64,000 bases of DNA, from the NCBI GenBank assembly GCA_039181895.1, contig JBCDCK010000002.1, positions 5,072 through 69,071 on the forward strand, written 5' to 3'. Below are positions 10,085-19,496 of this stretch, one piece after another. The notes beneath the pieces are model-generated. The model searched no databases. It saw only the letters and a program-made list of their open reading frames with translations, and had not been told where the DNA came from. Numbering within the stretch: the first letter of the stretch is position 1; every line of letters begins with the position of its first letter. The DNA comes from Pseudomonadota bacterium. GTDB lineage: Bacteria > Pseudomonadota > Alphaproteobacteria > Sphingomonadales > Sphingomonadaceae. A program made the translations under genes and the position numbers.

Positions 10085-11181
10085 CCCGCATTCCCGTCGA
10101 ATTAGCCGAACGCAGCTATGACATATTGATCGAACCCGGAGCTCTTGCATCGGCTGGCAATCATGTTGGTGAGCATGCCAAAAACGGGCGGGTTTTTGTC
10201 ATCACGGACAAAAATGTTGCAAGCCACTGGCTTCCGGCATTGCGCTCCGCTCTCGACAAAATCGACATCAAGTGCATCGAGAAGATTCTTCCGGCCGGTG
10301 AAGCCACCAAAAGCTGGCAAATGCTTGAAGATCTGGTTGAGGGCCTGCTGGCGCAGCAGATTGAAAGGTCAGACATCCTGATCGCTCTCGGTGGCGGCGT
10401 GATTGGAGATCTGGTCGGCTTTGCCGCCGCAATCATCAAGCGCGGCTGCAAATTTGTCCAGATCCCGACCACCCTGCTCGCCCAGGTCGACAGCAGCGTG
10501 GGTGGCAAGACCGCCATCAACAGCAAGGCCGGGAAAAACCTGGTGGGCAGTTTCAACCAGCCGGAATTTGTGCTCATTGATCCGGAGGTTTTGGACAGTC
10601 TCCCGGACCGTGAACTGCGGGCTGGCTATGCCGAAGTCCTGAAATATGGCCTGATCGACAAGCCCGATTTTTTTGACTGGTGTGAGCAAAATGGCCCCGA
10701 CGTACTTGGCCGCGACACCGATGCGCTTGTCCATGCCATTGCCGAAAGCGTGGCGGCCAAAGCCCGAATTGTTGCGGAAGACGAGCGCGAGCTCAGCGGA
10801 AAACGTGCGTTGCTCAATCTCGGGCATACATTTGGTCATGCGCTGGAGGCGGAAACCGGATATTCCGAGCGTCTGGTGCACGGCGAGGCGGTGGCCGCCG
10901 GCATGGCGCTCGCCTTTGGCTATTCCCGAAGGCGTGGACATTGCCCGGAAGCAGATACCCGACGCGTCACGGCTGCCCTGCAATCCTCAAACCTGCCGTT
11001 CGACTTGGCAAGTGCTTCGGTCCAGGCGACCGGCACAGCGCTTGTTGCGCACATGATGCATGACAAGAAGATGCAGTCCGGACGCCTGCCCTTCCTGCTC
11101 GCCAACGGCATCGGTCAGACGTTTGTTGCACCGGATGTTGATCTTGAAGACGTGGCAGAATTCCTCGACAATAGTCGTTGA
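10081..11181 (+). CDS. aroB: 3-dehydroquinate synthase
   Basis: GGGVIGDL, PTTLLAQVDSSVGGKT, LNLGHTFGHALE, HGEAV; ATGA overlap with aroK. Confidence 0.97.
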   Translation: MTRIPVELAERSYDILIEPGALASAGNHVGEHAKNGRVFVITDKNVASHWLPALRSALDKIDIKCIEKILPAGEATKSWQMLEDLVEGLLAQQIERSDILIALGGGVIGDLVGFAAAIIKRGCKFVQIPTTLLAQVDSSVGGKTAINSKAGKNLVGSFNQPEFVLIDPEVLDSLPDRELRAGYAEVLKYGLIDKPDFFDWCEQNGPDVLGRDTDALVHAIAESVAAKARIVAEDERELSGKRALLNLGHTFGHALEAETGYSERLVHGEAVAAGMALAFGYSRRRGHCPEADTRRVTAALQSSNLPFDLASASVQATGTALVAHMMHDKKMQSGRLPFLLANGIGQTFVAPDVDLEDVAEFLDNSR

Positions 11182-11190
11182 TCTCCCGGT

Positions 11191-12963
11191 CTAGTCACTG
11201 CTCATCTTCCCACCGGAAAGCCCAAATCCGATATGCCGACCCGCGAACATGTCATCAGCTGCCCGTTGCGCTTCCAGGCGATCGCAATCGAGGCGACGAT
11301 ATTCGCGATCCACCTCTTCAATCAGCGCTTCGTCGAGATCCATCGCCATCATGGCCTGCTTGGCCAGATGAATGGCAGACTCAAAAACCTCGCGTTTCAC
11401 TCCGGCGAGATTGGCTTTCTTGACGTCCAGCAAATGCACCCGGTCAAAGGCGCGCACAAATAGTTTTGTATCGGGAAACGCCATTGCAATACCCTCAAGC
11501 GCTTCCGCCCCAAAATGGCGGTCATCGATGCAGAAGATAATTGCCGCGCAATTTTCTGCACCGGCGTTGCGTAGCAAGTCCGTTCGGGTGCCATCACCAT
11601 AAAATACCTTGCGGCCGAATTGCTGACTGACGTCGATCTGCTGCGGTTTGATATCGATGATGGTGACCGACACATTAGCCCCCTGAAGCATCTGAGAGAC
11701 TGTCTGTCCAAAGCGCCCATGTCCCACCACCAAAACTGTGGATCTTTCAGCACGAGAGGGATCATCGAGTTCGACGTCATTTTCGGATGCAGTCGTTCCA
11801 AATCTCTGCGCGACGAGCATAAGGAACGGAGTGGTGGCCATGGACACTGTGATGACGGCTCCGAACAGGCTGCTCGCCTGCGGGTCGATCAACATCGCCC
11901 GCTCTGCCTCGGCGAACAGAACGAACCCGAATTCCCCGCCCTGGCTCAACAACAGGCCCATTCCAAGCGCTGGCAGGGTTTCCATTCCGAAAAGCTTGCC
12001 CAGTCCGAAAATGATCAAGGTCTTTGTCGCAACGAGGATCAAGGCCGCCGTGAAGACAAAAGCCGTGTTGTCCTGAATGACACTCAGATCGAGCATCATG
12101 CCCACAGCCAGGAAAAACAGGCCGAGAAGCAACGATCGGAACGGATCAATGTCTGCCTCCAGTTCGTGGCGATATGGCGAGTTTGCCAACATGACACCGG
12201 CGATGAAGGCTCCAAGAGCCGGTGACAGGCCAATAACTTCCATTAAAGCGGCGCTGCCGAATACGGCGACCAGTCCCGCCACAATGAACAATTCCCTTTC
12301 GGCAATCTGGCCAATCAGTTTCAGCAAAGGCTGCAATAAATAGCGCCCCGCCAATATCAGACCACCGATCGCCAACACGCCCAGAATAGCGGTCAGCCAA
12401 CCCGGCAGACTATCCTCGGATGCTGGCGCACGGGACAACACACCGACAATTGTCAGCAAGGGAATGATCGAAAGGTCCTGAAACAGCAAAATCGAAAAGG
12501 CATTCTCGCCCGACGGCGTGTTCAGGCGTCCGCTCGATTGGAGCATGGGCAACACCTGTGCTGTGGACGACAGAGCCAGAGGCAAGCCAATCGCTAATGC
12601 GGCGCCCCACGTAAAACTGGTGGAGAGCAAGATCAGCAGGAACAGCGCGATGCCGCAAAGGATCACCTGACTCATGCCCAGTCCGAAGATGGCCCGACGC
12701 AATCGCATGAGCCGGGCGGGGGCCAGTTCGAGCCCGACAAGGAACAACAGAAGGATGATCCCGATTTCCGAAAACTCAAGGATCGTCCTGCCTTCGCTGA
12801 TCAGGCCAAATCCCTGAGGCCCGATCAATACCCCCGCGATCAGGTAACCGAGAACAGCTCCGATGCCAAATTTTCGGAACAGCAGCACGAGCAGCAGCGC
12901 CGCACCCAGCATGATGAAGCCCGCGATCAGCAAGTCCCCGAAATGTGCGCCGCCATGATCCAT
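11191..12963 (-). CDS. CPA2 family K+/H+ antiporter with KTN domain (KefB/KefC-like)
   Basis: Many TM helices, ALSSTA, LLFQDL, SQGGEFGFV, GHGRFGQ, YGDGTR. Confidence 0.9.
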   Translation of the reverse strand: MDHGGAHFGDLLIAGFIMLGAALLLVLLFRKFGIGAVLGYLIAGVLIGPQGFGLISEGRTILEFSEIGIILLLFLVGLELAPARLMRLRRAIFGLGMSQVILCGIALFLLILLSTSFTWGAALAIGLPLALSSTAQVLPMLQSSGRLNTPSGENAFSILLFQDLSIIPLLTIVGVLSRAPASEDSLPGWLTAILGVLAIGGLILAGRYLLQPLLKLIGQIAERELFIVAGLVAVFGSAALMEVIGLSPALGAFIAGVMLANSPYRHELEADIDPFRSLLLGLFFLAVGMMLDLSVIQDNTAFVFTAALILVATKTLIIFGLGKLFGMETLPALGMGLLLSQGGEFGFVLFAEAERAMLIDPQASSLFGAVITVSMATTPFLMLVAQRFGTTASENDVELDDPSRAERSTVLVVGHGRFGQTVSQMLQGANVSVTIIDIKPQQIDVSQQFGRKVFYGDGTRTDLLRNAGAENCAAIIFCIDDRHFGAEALEGIAMAFPDTKLFVRAFDRVHLLDVKKANLAGVKREVFESAIHLAKQAMMAMDLDEALIEEVDREYRRLDCDRLEAQRAADDMFAGRHIGFGLSGGKMSSD

Positions 12964-12966
12964 TTG

Positions 12967-13407
12967 TCAGTTTACCTTATCTGCTTCAGCTGCAGCGGCC
13001 AGAGCTTCAATAATGGCATCATAAGGCAGAAGGATGGCACCATGACGCCCCGGATAATCTCTGGCGGTCGCCAGCAGATCGATATCCTGCCAGTTTCCCG
13101 GATTCTCATTTTTGCCCTCCAGAAAGCCCCGCAAAATATCCCGCGCTGCCCGGATGTCAGTCGCGGGCTTGCCAATCGCTTCTCGGGCAACAATGGCGGT
13201 GGAGGCCTGACCAAGTGCACAGGCGTTCACCTCGATTCCCAGTTCCTCAATTAACTGGTCTGGCGAGATCCTGACGTCGGCAACAACTCGGCTACCGCAG
13301 GTCTGCGAGCGCATTTCGGCAGTCCCATGTGGATCCTGCAATCGTCCCTCATGCGGGATGGAAACGGCCAATCTCAGCACTTCACGGGTATAGAGTGGCT
13401 GATTCAT
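12967..13407 (-). CDS. IscU/NifU-N-like Fe-S scaffold family protein
   Basis: LYTREVL, SQTCGS, ACALGQAS, PGRHGAILLP (third Cys replaced). Confidence 0.8.
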   Translation of the reverse strand: MNQPLYTREVLRLAVSIPHEGRLQDPHGTAEMRSQTCGSRVVADVRISPDQLIEELGIEVNACALGQASTAIVAREAIGKPATDIRAARDILRGFLEGKNENPGNWQDIDLLATARDYPGRHGAILLPYDAIIEALAAAAEADKVN

Positions 13408-13916
13408 TCGGCCACTTCCTGTCCATCGCGCTGCTGTTTCACCAGGTCCACCATCGCGGTGCCACTTGCGTTGAGCAGTGGATAGGTGCGCGATTCCGTC
13501 AGCCAGTCAGGTCTGTTCTCTTCTAAACCATAAAAACTGTCATAGACGAGAATTACCAGAAGGTAGAATAAAGTCGCTATAATCAACCCCTTGATCATGC
13601 CAAATCCAAAACCCAGAACCCGATCGACCGGCCCCAGCAGCGACTTGCGCGACTTCTGACCGATTGCCCGTGCAATGGATCGGCCCAGTGCGTAAACCAC
13701 GATCAAAATAGCGGCAAAAGCCAGGACCGAAGCGCCGCCATCATTCCCGATCGGACCTGAAAGAAAGTCAGTTACCGAGGGGTGCAGGAAGCGCACCGCG
13801 ACAATGATCAGCAACCAAACGCAAAGCGATAGAATTTCCTGAACCAGTCCGCGCAGAAAACCGAAAATTGCCCCGCTGCCCATCAGCAAGAGTACAAAAA
13901 TATCCAAGGCAGTCAT
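13404..13916 (-). CDS. cvpA: CvpA family membrane protein
   Basis: GFLRGLVQE..DRVLGFGFGMIKG; follows radA. Confidence 0.88.
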   Translation of the reverse strand: MTALDIFVLLLMGSGAIFGFLRGLVQEILSLCVWLLIIVAVRFLHPSVTDFLSGPIGNDGGASVLAFAAILIVVYALGRSIARAIGQKSRKSLLGPVDRVLGFGFGMIKGLIIATLFYLLVILVYDSFYGLEENRPDWLTESRTYPLLNASGTAMVDLVKQQRDGQEVAE

Positions 13917-13925
13917 GCTGTCTAG

Positions 13926-15290
13926 CTAGTCACGTCCAAGCATATGGTCAACGAGATTGGCAAGCTTCGCAAAATGTAGCTGTTTGGGGCCTTTCGAGCC
14001 CTTCTCTCCCGAAGCGGGGATCAGCGCCCGGTCAAAGCCAAGCTTGGCCGCTTCCTTGAGCCGCAATGGCGTATTGGCGACGGGCCGGATTTCCCCGGAC
14101 AGCGAAATTTCCCCGAAAATCACGGCATCGCTGGGCATCGGGCGTTCGGCATGAGCGGATATCAGCGCTGCCGCCACAGCAAGATCGGCGGCAGGATCTG
14201 TCAGCCGGTAACCGCCAGCAATGTTCAGATAGACTTCCGCCCCCGAAAAACTCAGCCCACAGCGCGCTTCCAGCACGGCGAGAATCATCGCCAACCGCGA
14301 ACTGTCCCAGCCCACCACGGAACGACGCGGTGTCGCCCCGCTTGCCAGGCGAACAGTCAAAGCCTGAATTTCCACGAGCACCGGTCTGGTGCCTTCCAGA
14401 GCCGGGAAGACGGTTGCTCCCGTCACTTCCTCGCTACGGTCTGTCAGAAAAAGTGCCGAGGGATTTTGCACCTCGGTCAGGCCCTTTTCTTCCATGGCGA
14501 AAACGCCGATTTCGTCCGTCCCGCCAAAGCGGTTCTTGATCGACCGCAGGATCCGGTACTGATGGCTGCGCTCCCCTTCGAAACTCATCACGGTATCGAC
14601 CATATGCTCCAGAACACGAGGGCCGGCGATATTGCCGTCTTTGGTGACGTGCCCAACCAACATCAGCATCGTGCCATGTTCCTTGGCGAACTTGATCAGC
14701 TCCTGCGCCGAAGCGCGTACCTGACTGACCGTACCCGGCGCGCCTTCGATCAGATCGCTGTGCATGGTCTGAATAGAATCGACCACGACAAAATCGGGCG
14801 CATCACGACGCAGCGTGGTCAGGATATCTCGGACGGAAGTCGCAGAAGCCAACTGGACGGGAGATGCCCCGAGACCGAGCCGACGAGCCCGCAGCCGTAC
14901 CTGATCCGCGGCTTCCTCACCAGAAATATAGGCAACGGACAGTCCCAGATCGGCGAGACGTGCGGAAACCTGCAGCAGGAGCGTCGATTTTCCGATCCCC
15001 GGATCTCCGCCCATCAGCGTCGCGGAACCGGCGACCAGTCCGCCACCGACCGCGCGGTCAAACTCCGCAATGCCGGTCTGCCTGCGGTCGGGAAGCGCAA
15101 TATCGCTATCCAAGCCTACAAGCCGCACTTCGCGCCCGCCAGTTTGCAGATTATGCTTGGCGGCAAATACGGTTTCCCCGGCTTCTTCGGTCAGCGTATT
15201 CCATGCCCCGCAGTCGGGGCACTGCCCCTGCCACCGAAAGGAAATCGATCCGCAGTCCTGACAAACATATTTCTTTTTCGCCTTGGCCAT
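13926..15290 (-). CDS. radA: DNA repair protein RadA/Sms
   Basis: C4 zinc finger CQDC..CPDC, GDPGIGKST, KNRFG, Lon-like C-terminus. Confidence 0.97.
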   Translation of the reverse strand: MAKAKKKYVCQDCGSISFRWQGQCPDCGAWNTLTEEAGETVFAAKHNLQTGGREVRLVGLDSDIALPDRRQTGIAEFDRAVGGGLVAGSATLMGGDPGIGKSTLLLQVSARLADLGLSVAYISGEEAADQVRLRARRLGLGASPVQLASATSVRDILTTLRRDAPDFVVVDSIQTMHSDLIEGAPGTVSQVRASAQELIKFAKEHGTMLMLVGHVTKDGNIAGPRVLEHMVDTVMSFEGERSHQYRILRSIKNRFGGTDEIGVFAMEEKGLTEVQNPSALFLTDRSEEVTGATVFPALEGTRPVLVEIQALTVRLASGATPRRSVVGWDSSRLAMILAVLEARCGLSFSGAEVYLNIAGGYRLTDPAADLAVAAALISAHAERPMPSDAVIFGEISLSGEIRPVANTPLRLKEAAKLGFDRALIPASGEKGSKGPKQLHFAKLANLVDHMLGRD

Positions 15291-15305
15291 GACTTTCACT
15301 TACCA

Positions 15306-15320
15306 GAACAAACAAGGAAC
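15306..15320. promoter_or_regulatory. Alphaproteobacterial LexA (SOS) box
   Basis: GAAC-AAACAAG-GAAC, an exact GAAC-N7-GAAC, 15 bp upstream of the radA start. Confidence 0.8.
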
Positions 15321-15381
15321 GCCAGAATTTTCTGACCAATCCCACTTGCACCGCTCTGCCCTTGCTGTAGGCACCTCAGAT

Positions 15382-17739
15382 ATGCGTCAAAAAGAATTGC
15401 GACTGGCCCTGATTTGTTATGGCGGCGTAAGCCTCGCCATCTACATGCACGGGATCACCAAGGAGATCTGGAAGCTCGCTCAAGCCAGTCGGGATTTTCA
15501 TGATGACACGCGCAATGACCAGTGCAGTCGCGGCGTCTATTTCGACATGTTTGAGTGGATGGAGCAGGAAACCGGCATCAGATTGCGGGTCCTGCCAGAC
15601 ATCATCGCTGGCGCCAGTGCCGGCGGGATAAATGGAATCTTCCTTTCTCAGGCCATAATCTCTGGTCAGTCGCTGGAACCGCTGACCGACATGTGGCTCG
15701 ACACGGCAGATGTCGACCGCCTGCTCGATCCGGATGCCCGTCCGCTGTCCCGCTTTTCCAAGTTCTGGGCGGAACCCATTGCCTGGCTGGCGCTGGGCCG
15801 CAAAGGCGGTGCCGTGGAACAAACTGTTTCCAAGGAAGCCCGCGAAGAAGTCAAAATGAAACTGTCGCGATTTGTCCGCGCCCGTTGGTTCGCTCCTCCC
15901 TTTGGCGGAAAGGTCTTCTCGACACTCATCTTCGATGCGCTCAAGGCCATGACCGGTACCGAAGCCGGTCCGCGATTGTTGCCACCGGAACAACCACTTG
16001 ATCTGTTCGTTACGGTCACGGATTTTGTTGGTCACCCCGAAAAACTGCAGCTGAACAGCCCGCCGGAAGCGCTGGAAATGGAGCACCGGATCACCATCGG
16101 CTTTTCCACCCGCGGGCAACGCAGCAAAAACGTCGCCGATCCGGCCGAGCTCGTTTTTTCTGGACGTGCAACAGCCAGTTTTCCCGGTGCCTTCCCGCCC
16201 TTCACCGTTGCTGAACTGGACGAGGTGCTGAAAGACAAGGGCTATGTCTGGTCGGGCCGCAAGAACTTCCTCAAACGGGTGCTTCCCAATCAGAGTCGCA
16301 CGGGCACGGCAGAAGACACAATCCTGATCGATGGGTCGGTTCTTGCAAACGCGCCCTTTGCACAGGCCATTGAGGCACTGAAGAACCGGCCGGCCAAACG
16401 CGAAATCGACCGGCGTTTTGTCTATATCGATCCCCGACCTGACCTCGACGTGGCCAAAAGCGACAAGGCCATGCAACGTCTGCAGGCTGCGCAGGACGAG
16501 GAAAATGAAAGTCTGCCCGGCTTTTTCTCGACCATCTTCGGCGCGATTTCCAATATCCCCCGCGAACAACCGATCCGGGACAATCTGGATGATATCGCCC
16601 GCCGATCGAACCGGATCATCCAGATGCGGCTGATCACCGACAATCTGAGGAGCGAGGTTGAGCAAATCGTCGAAGGTCTTTTTGGACGCACGCTCTTCCT
16701 TGATCGACCAACGGCTGGCCGGCTGGCGACATGGCGGCGCAAATCCCGCGACAAGGCAGCGAAGCTCTCCGGATTTTCCTATAGCGCCTATGGTCACCTC
16801 AAACTGAGCACCATTGTTGAAGAGATCGTGCAAACGGTTCGTCGGGCCAGAAACGAACCGCTGGCACAGAATCAACAGGTTCTGCGGGACGTCCTGTGGA
16901 GCGAACTCCACAAGCGTGGTCTCGAAAATGTGGGGAAAAAGGCTGGCTCCGGACCTTCCAAACCGGCAATCGATTTCTTTCGCGAACAGGATCTGGGATA
17001 TCGCATCCGGCGTCTCCGCTTTCTCGCCAGACGCCTGGCCGAGGATCTGGATGACTGCGCACCGGAAGACTATGATGCAATCGAGAAGATGCATGATGTG
17101 ATCTACGACTGTCTCGCGATCTACATTGAACGCGAAACGGTGGATTATCTCGGCCAGGATTTTGCGGCTTTGGCTGAACAAGCCGACACCATGCCCGCGG
17201 CCATGCTGGACGGACTGGCCACTGCGCGGGACCTGACTGCCGCGGATTCCGCGGTAGACCAGAGACTGGCAGAAGCCCTCACCGGACTTCCGAAAAAGGA
17301 AAAACGGTCGATGCTTCTCGCGTTTCTGGGCTTCCCCTTCTACGACATAGCGACCCTGCCTTTGCTCCAGGGCGAAGGGCTGGATGAATTCGACCCGATA
17401 AAGGTTGATCGCATTTCCCCGGAAGATGCGAAAAGCATTCGCGAGGGCGGCGTCGCTGCCACGTTGAAGGGCATCGAGTTCAATAATTTCGGTGCGTTTT
17501 TCAGCCGCAGTTATCGCGAGAATGATTATCTTTGGGGCCGGCTGCACGGGGCGGAACGAATGATCGACATCATGCTGTCCACCATGCCCGTTACCAAGCG
17601 ACCCGATGCGCAGCAGACCCTCGACTTCAAAAAGACGATTTTTCGAAAGATCGTGGATGAGGAAGAGAAACGTCTCAGCACAATCGGCCCGCTGTTCAGA
17701 TCGCTGCGCAAGGAAATCGAAAGAGCGATTCCGATTTGA
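15382..17739 (+). CDS. Patatin-like phospholipase with DUF3376-type C-terminus
   Basis: ELRLAL..GGVSLAIYMHG, nucleophile elbow GASAGG, DGS, FGAFFSRSYRENDYLWGRLHG. Confidence 0.88.
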   Translation: MRQKELRLALICYGGVSLAIYMHGITKEIWKLAQASRDFHDDTRNDQCSRGVYFDMFEWMEQETGIRLRVLPDIIAGASAGGINGIFLSQAIISGQSLEPLTDMWLDTADVDRLLDPDARPLSRFSKFWAEPIAWLALGRKGGAVEQTVSKEAREEVKMKLSRFVRARWFAPPFGGKVFSTLIFDALKAMTGTEAGPRLLPPEQPLDLFVTVTDFVGHPEKLQLNSPPEALEMEHRITIGFSTRGQRSKNVADPAELVFSGRATASFPGAFPPFTVAELDEVLKDKGYVWSGRKNFLKRVLPNQSRTGTAEDTILIDGSVLANAPFAQAIEALKNRPAKREIDRRFVYIDPRPDLDVAKSDKAMQRLQAAQDEENESLPGFFSTIFGAISNIPREQPIRDNLDDIARRSNRIIQMRLITDNLRSEVEQIVEGLFGRTLFLDRPTAGRLATWRRKSRDKAAKLSGFSYSAYGHLKLSTIVEEIVQTVRRARNEPLAQNQQVLRDVLWSELHKRGLENVGKKAGSGPSKPAIDFFREQDLGYRIRRLRFLARRLAEDLDDCAPEDYDAIEKMHDVIYDCLAIYIERETVDYLGQDFAALAEQADTMPAAMLDGLATARDLTAADSAVDQRLAEALTGLPKKEKRSMLLAFLGFPFYDIATLPLLQGEGLDEFDPIKVDRISPEDAKSIREGGVAATLKGIEFNNFGAFFSRSYRENDYLWGRLHGAERMIDIMLSTMPVTKRPDAQQTLDFKKTIFRKIVDEEEKRLSTIGPLFRSLRKEIERAIPI

Positions 17740-17829
17740 ACGGATTTCTTGTGACAAACGGACTGGAGATAATCCGGCGGCCACCCTTGGCATGACGATC
17801 ATTTCAATTCAGGCATTTTTTTCCGTCAA

Positions 17830-18438
17830 TCATCCCTTCGCAAAGAACATCAGTTGCACCAGCCGCCCGTCCTCCGGCGTCTTCCCGAAAGCCTTGCCGC
17901 TATTGTGGAACATCCAGGGGCTGAACAGGATCAAGCGGTTGAACCGCATTGGTACTGTCATCTCCCTGACCCACTTCGCGGGTTGAGTGGTATCCTTGTT
18001 GACCACGTCTTCAATCAGCTCATTGATATCGACATAGCCGGCTTTTTGAATGGCCGTCAGATCTGTTGGTACGCGCTCCAGCCCAGTGCGCTTGTGGCGG
18101 AAAAACTCTGTTCCGCCTTTGCAATGCTCCGGCAAGGAGAGATACAGGATGCCGGAGTAGAAAGCCGGATCAATATGCACACCGCTCCGTCCCTTGTCTC
18201 CGCGCAGCGTCACGCGGCAGTGCATATGGCTGGTATTCGCCGCCGCCTTGACGGGCGCACTGATCATCCTGCCAATGCGCTCATTGAGACCTTCCACAAC
18301 CAGTGGAATGGTTGAAATATGCCCCGGATAATTGCCATGCTTGTTGTCCGGATCATAATCGAGCGCGAGAGCTGCCCTCCGCGCAGCCATCGGATCGGCC
18401 AGAAAATCATCAATGACGAGGAGCGAAGGCAGCATCAT
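17830..18438 (-). CDS. DUF6445-like 2OG-Fe(II) oxygenase-fold protein
   Basis: VIDDF, HID (HxD), GILYL, GGTEFFRH, FNRLILF..FH, RLVQ. Confidence 0.7.
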   Translation of the reverse strand: MMLPSLLVIDDFLADPMAARRAALALDYDPDNKHGNYPGHISTIPLVVEGLNERIGRMISAPVKAAANTSHMHCRVTLRGDKGRSGVHIDPAFYSGILYLSLPEHCKGGTEFFRHKRTGLERVPTDLTAIQKAGYVDINELIEDVVNKDTTQPAKWVREMTVPMRFNRLILFSPWMFHNSGKAFGKTPEDGRLVQLMFFAKG

Positions 18439-18616
18439 TTGACCGGTCTCAGGGTGACAAAGGTGACAGTGTGTAACCCAACCATTTCAGGTCGTACCTC
18501 AACTAATTCAGCCGTTCTCTGGTCAAAGTGCCAAGGTGACACAATTGCGAAATTTTTGATATCCGGGTGGTTTGTCATCGAGCAACATCATAAGACAGTC
18601 CGGCAACGTAGGACAA

Positions 18617-19255
18617 TCATTTCTCTGCCGGCCAGCGTGTCGCGACCAGGCTATCCCGTTTACCGATACGGTTCAACCAGTGGCGCAATGGCAATAGCTG
18701 ACCGATCAATTCGGTCCCTTCGGGCGTCAGTTGCACCGGTCGGGTGACGCAATAGACAAAGATATCCGCCAATGTGAAATCCGGGCCGGCGAAATGCGGG
18801 GACTGTTCAATCCGCTCGCATACCACCCCAAGATGATGGGTGATTTCCGGCAAGGCGGCCTCGATAATGTCCGAGCGCAGCGGCATGCCGAGATGGTGAT
18901 GCGCAAGATAGGGCATAACCAGACCATGTTCGAACGCGGGGAAGAGATAATTATTGGCTACCGCGATCCAGCGATCCATTTCCGCACGGACTTTCGCATC
19001 AGCGGGCTGAAGCGCACCGCCATTATGCGCATTGTCGATATATTGCGCGATCGCCACGCTTTCGAACAGGTGGAGCCCGTCAATTTCAACCGTTGGCACT
19101 TTCCGGAAAGGGTGACGGCGCTTGTTTTCCGGCGATTGCGCAGGTGTCGGCGTAATATCCCATCTGACCCCCGCCTCCTCCGCCACCGTCTGCACGATGC
19201 GCGTGTAGGTCGAGATGATCGTGCCGTGAATGTGAAGATGCGGTGCAACTGCCAT
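18617..19255 (-). CDS. Glutathione S-transferase family protein
   Basis: STYTR, HPFRKVP, LFESVAIAQYI, FAGPDFTLADI. Confidence 0.9.
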   Translation of the reverse strand: MAVAPHLHIHGTIISTYTRIVQTVAEEAGVRWDITPTPAQSPENKRRHPFRKVPTVEIDGLHLFESVAIAQYIDNAHNGGALQPADAKVRAEMDRWIAVANNYLFPAFEHGLVMPYLAHHHLGMPLRSDIIEAALPEITHHLGVVCERIEQSPHFAGPDFTLADIFVYCVTRPVQLTPEGTELIGQLLPLRHWLNRIGKRDSLVATRWPAEK

Positions 19256-19496
19256 CTGGCGAGACGATATTCGATATGCTGGTCATAAGCAATTGGCGGG
19301 TCGACTTGGCGGCAAAAGAGGAGATCAGGCAACCGGTGATCCGTCTTTCTCCACACGCCTCCTGTCCAGTCATGATGGCGCTTGGAAATCAAGATCAGAG
19401 CATGCCCGACAGCCAGGCATGTGCCGCGAAACTGGCCAGTAAAAGTCCTCAACTCCAACTGTCACGCGCCGCTATCTGAAAATTGCCATCTACAAT

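Noticed and set aside
15376-17802. 808-aa ORF antisense to the patatin gene (similar shadows over radA, MATE, thiolase and others)
   Set aside because: No recognisable motifs; mirrors the real gene, as expected in GC-rich DNA.
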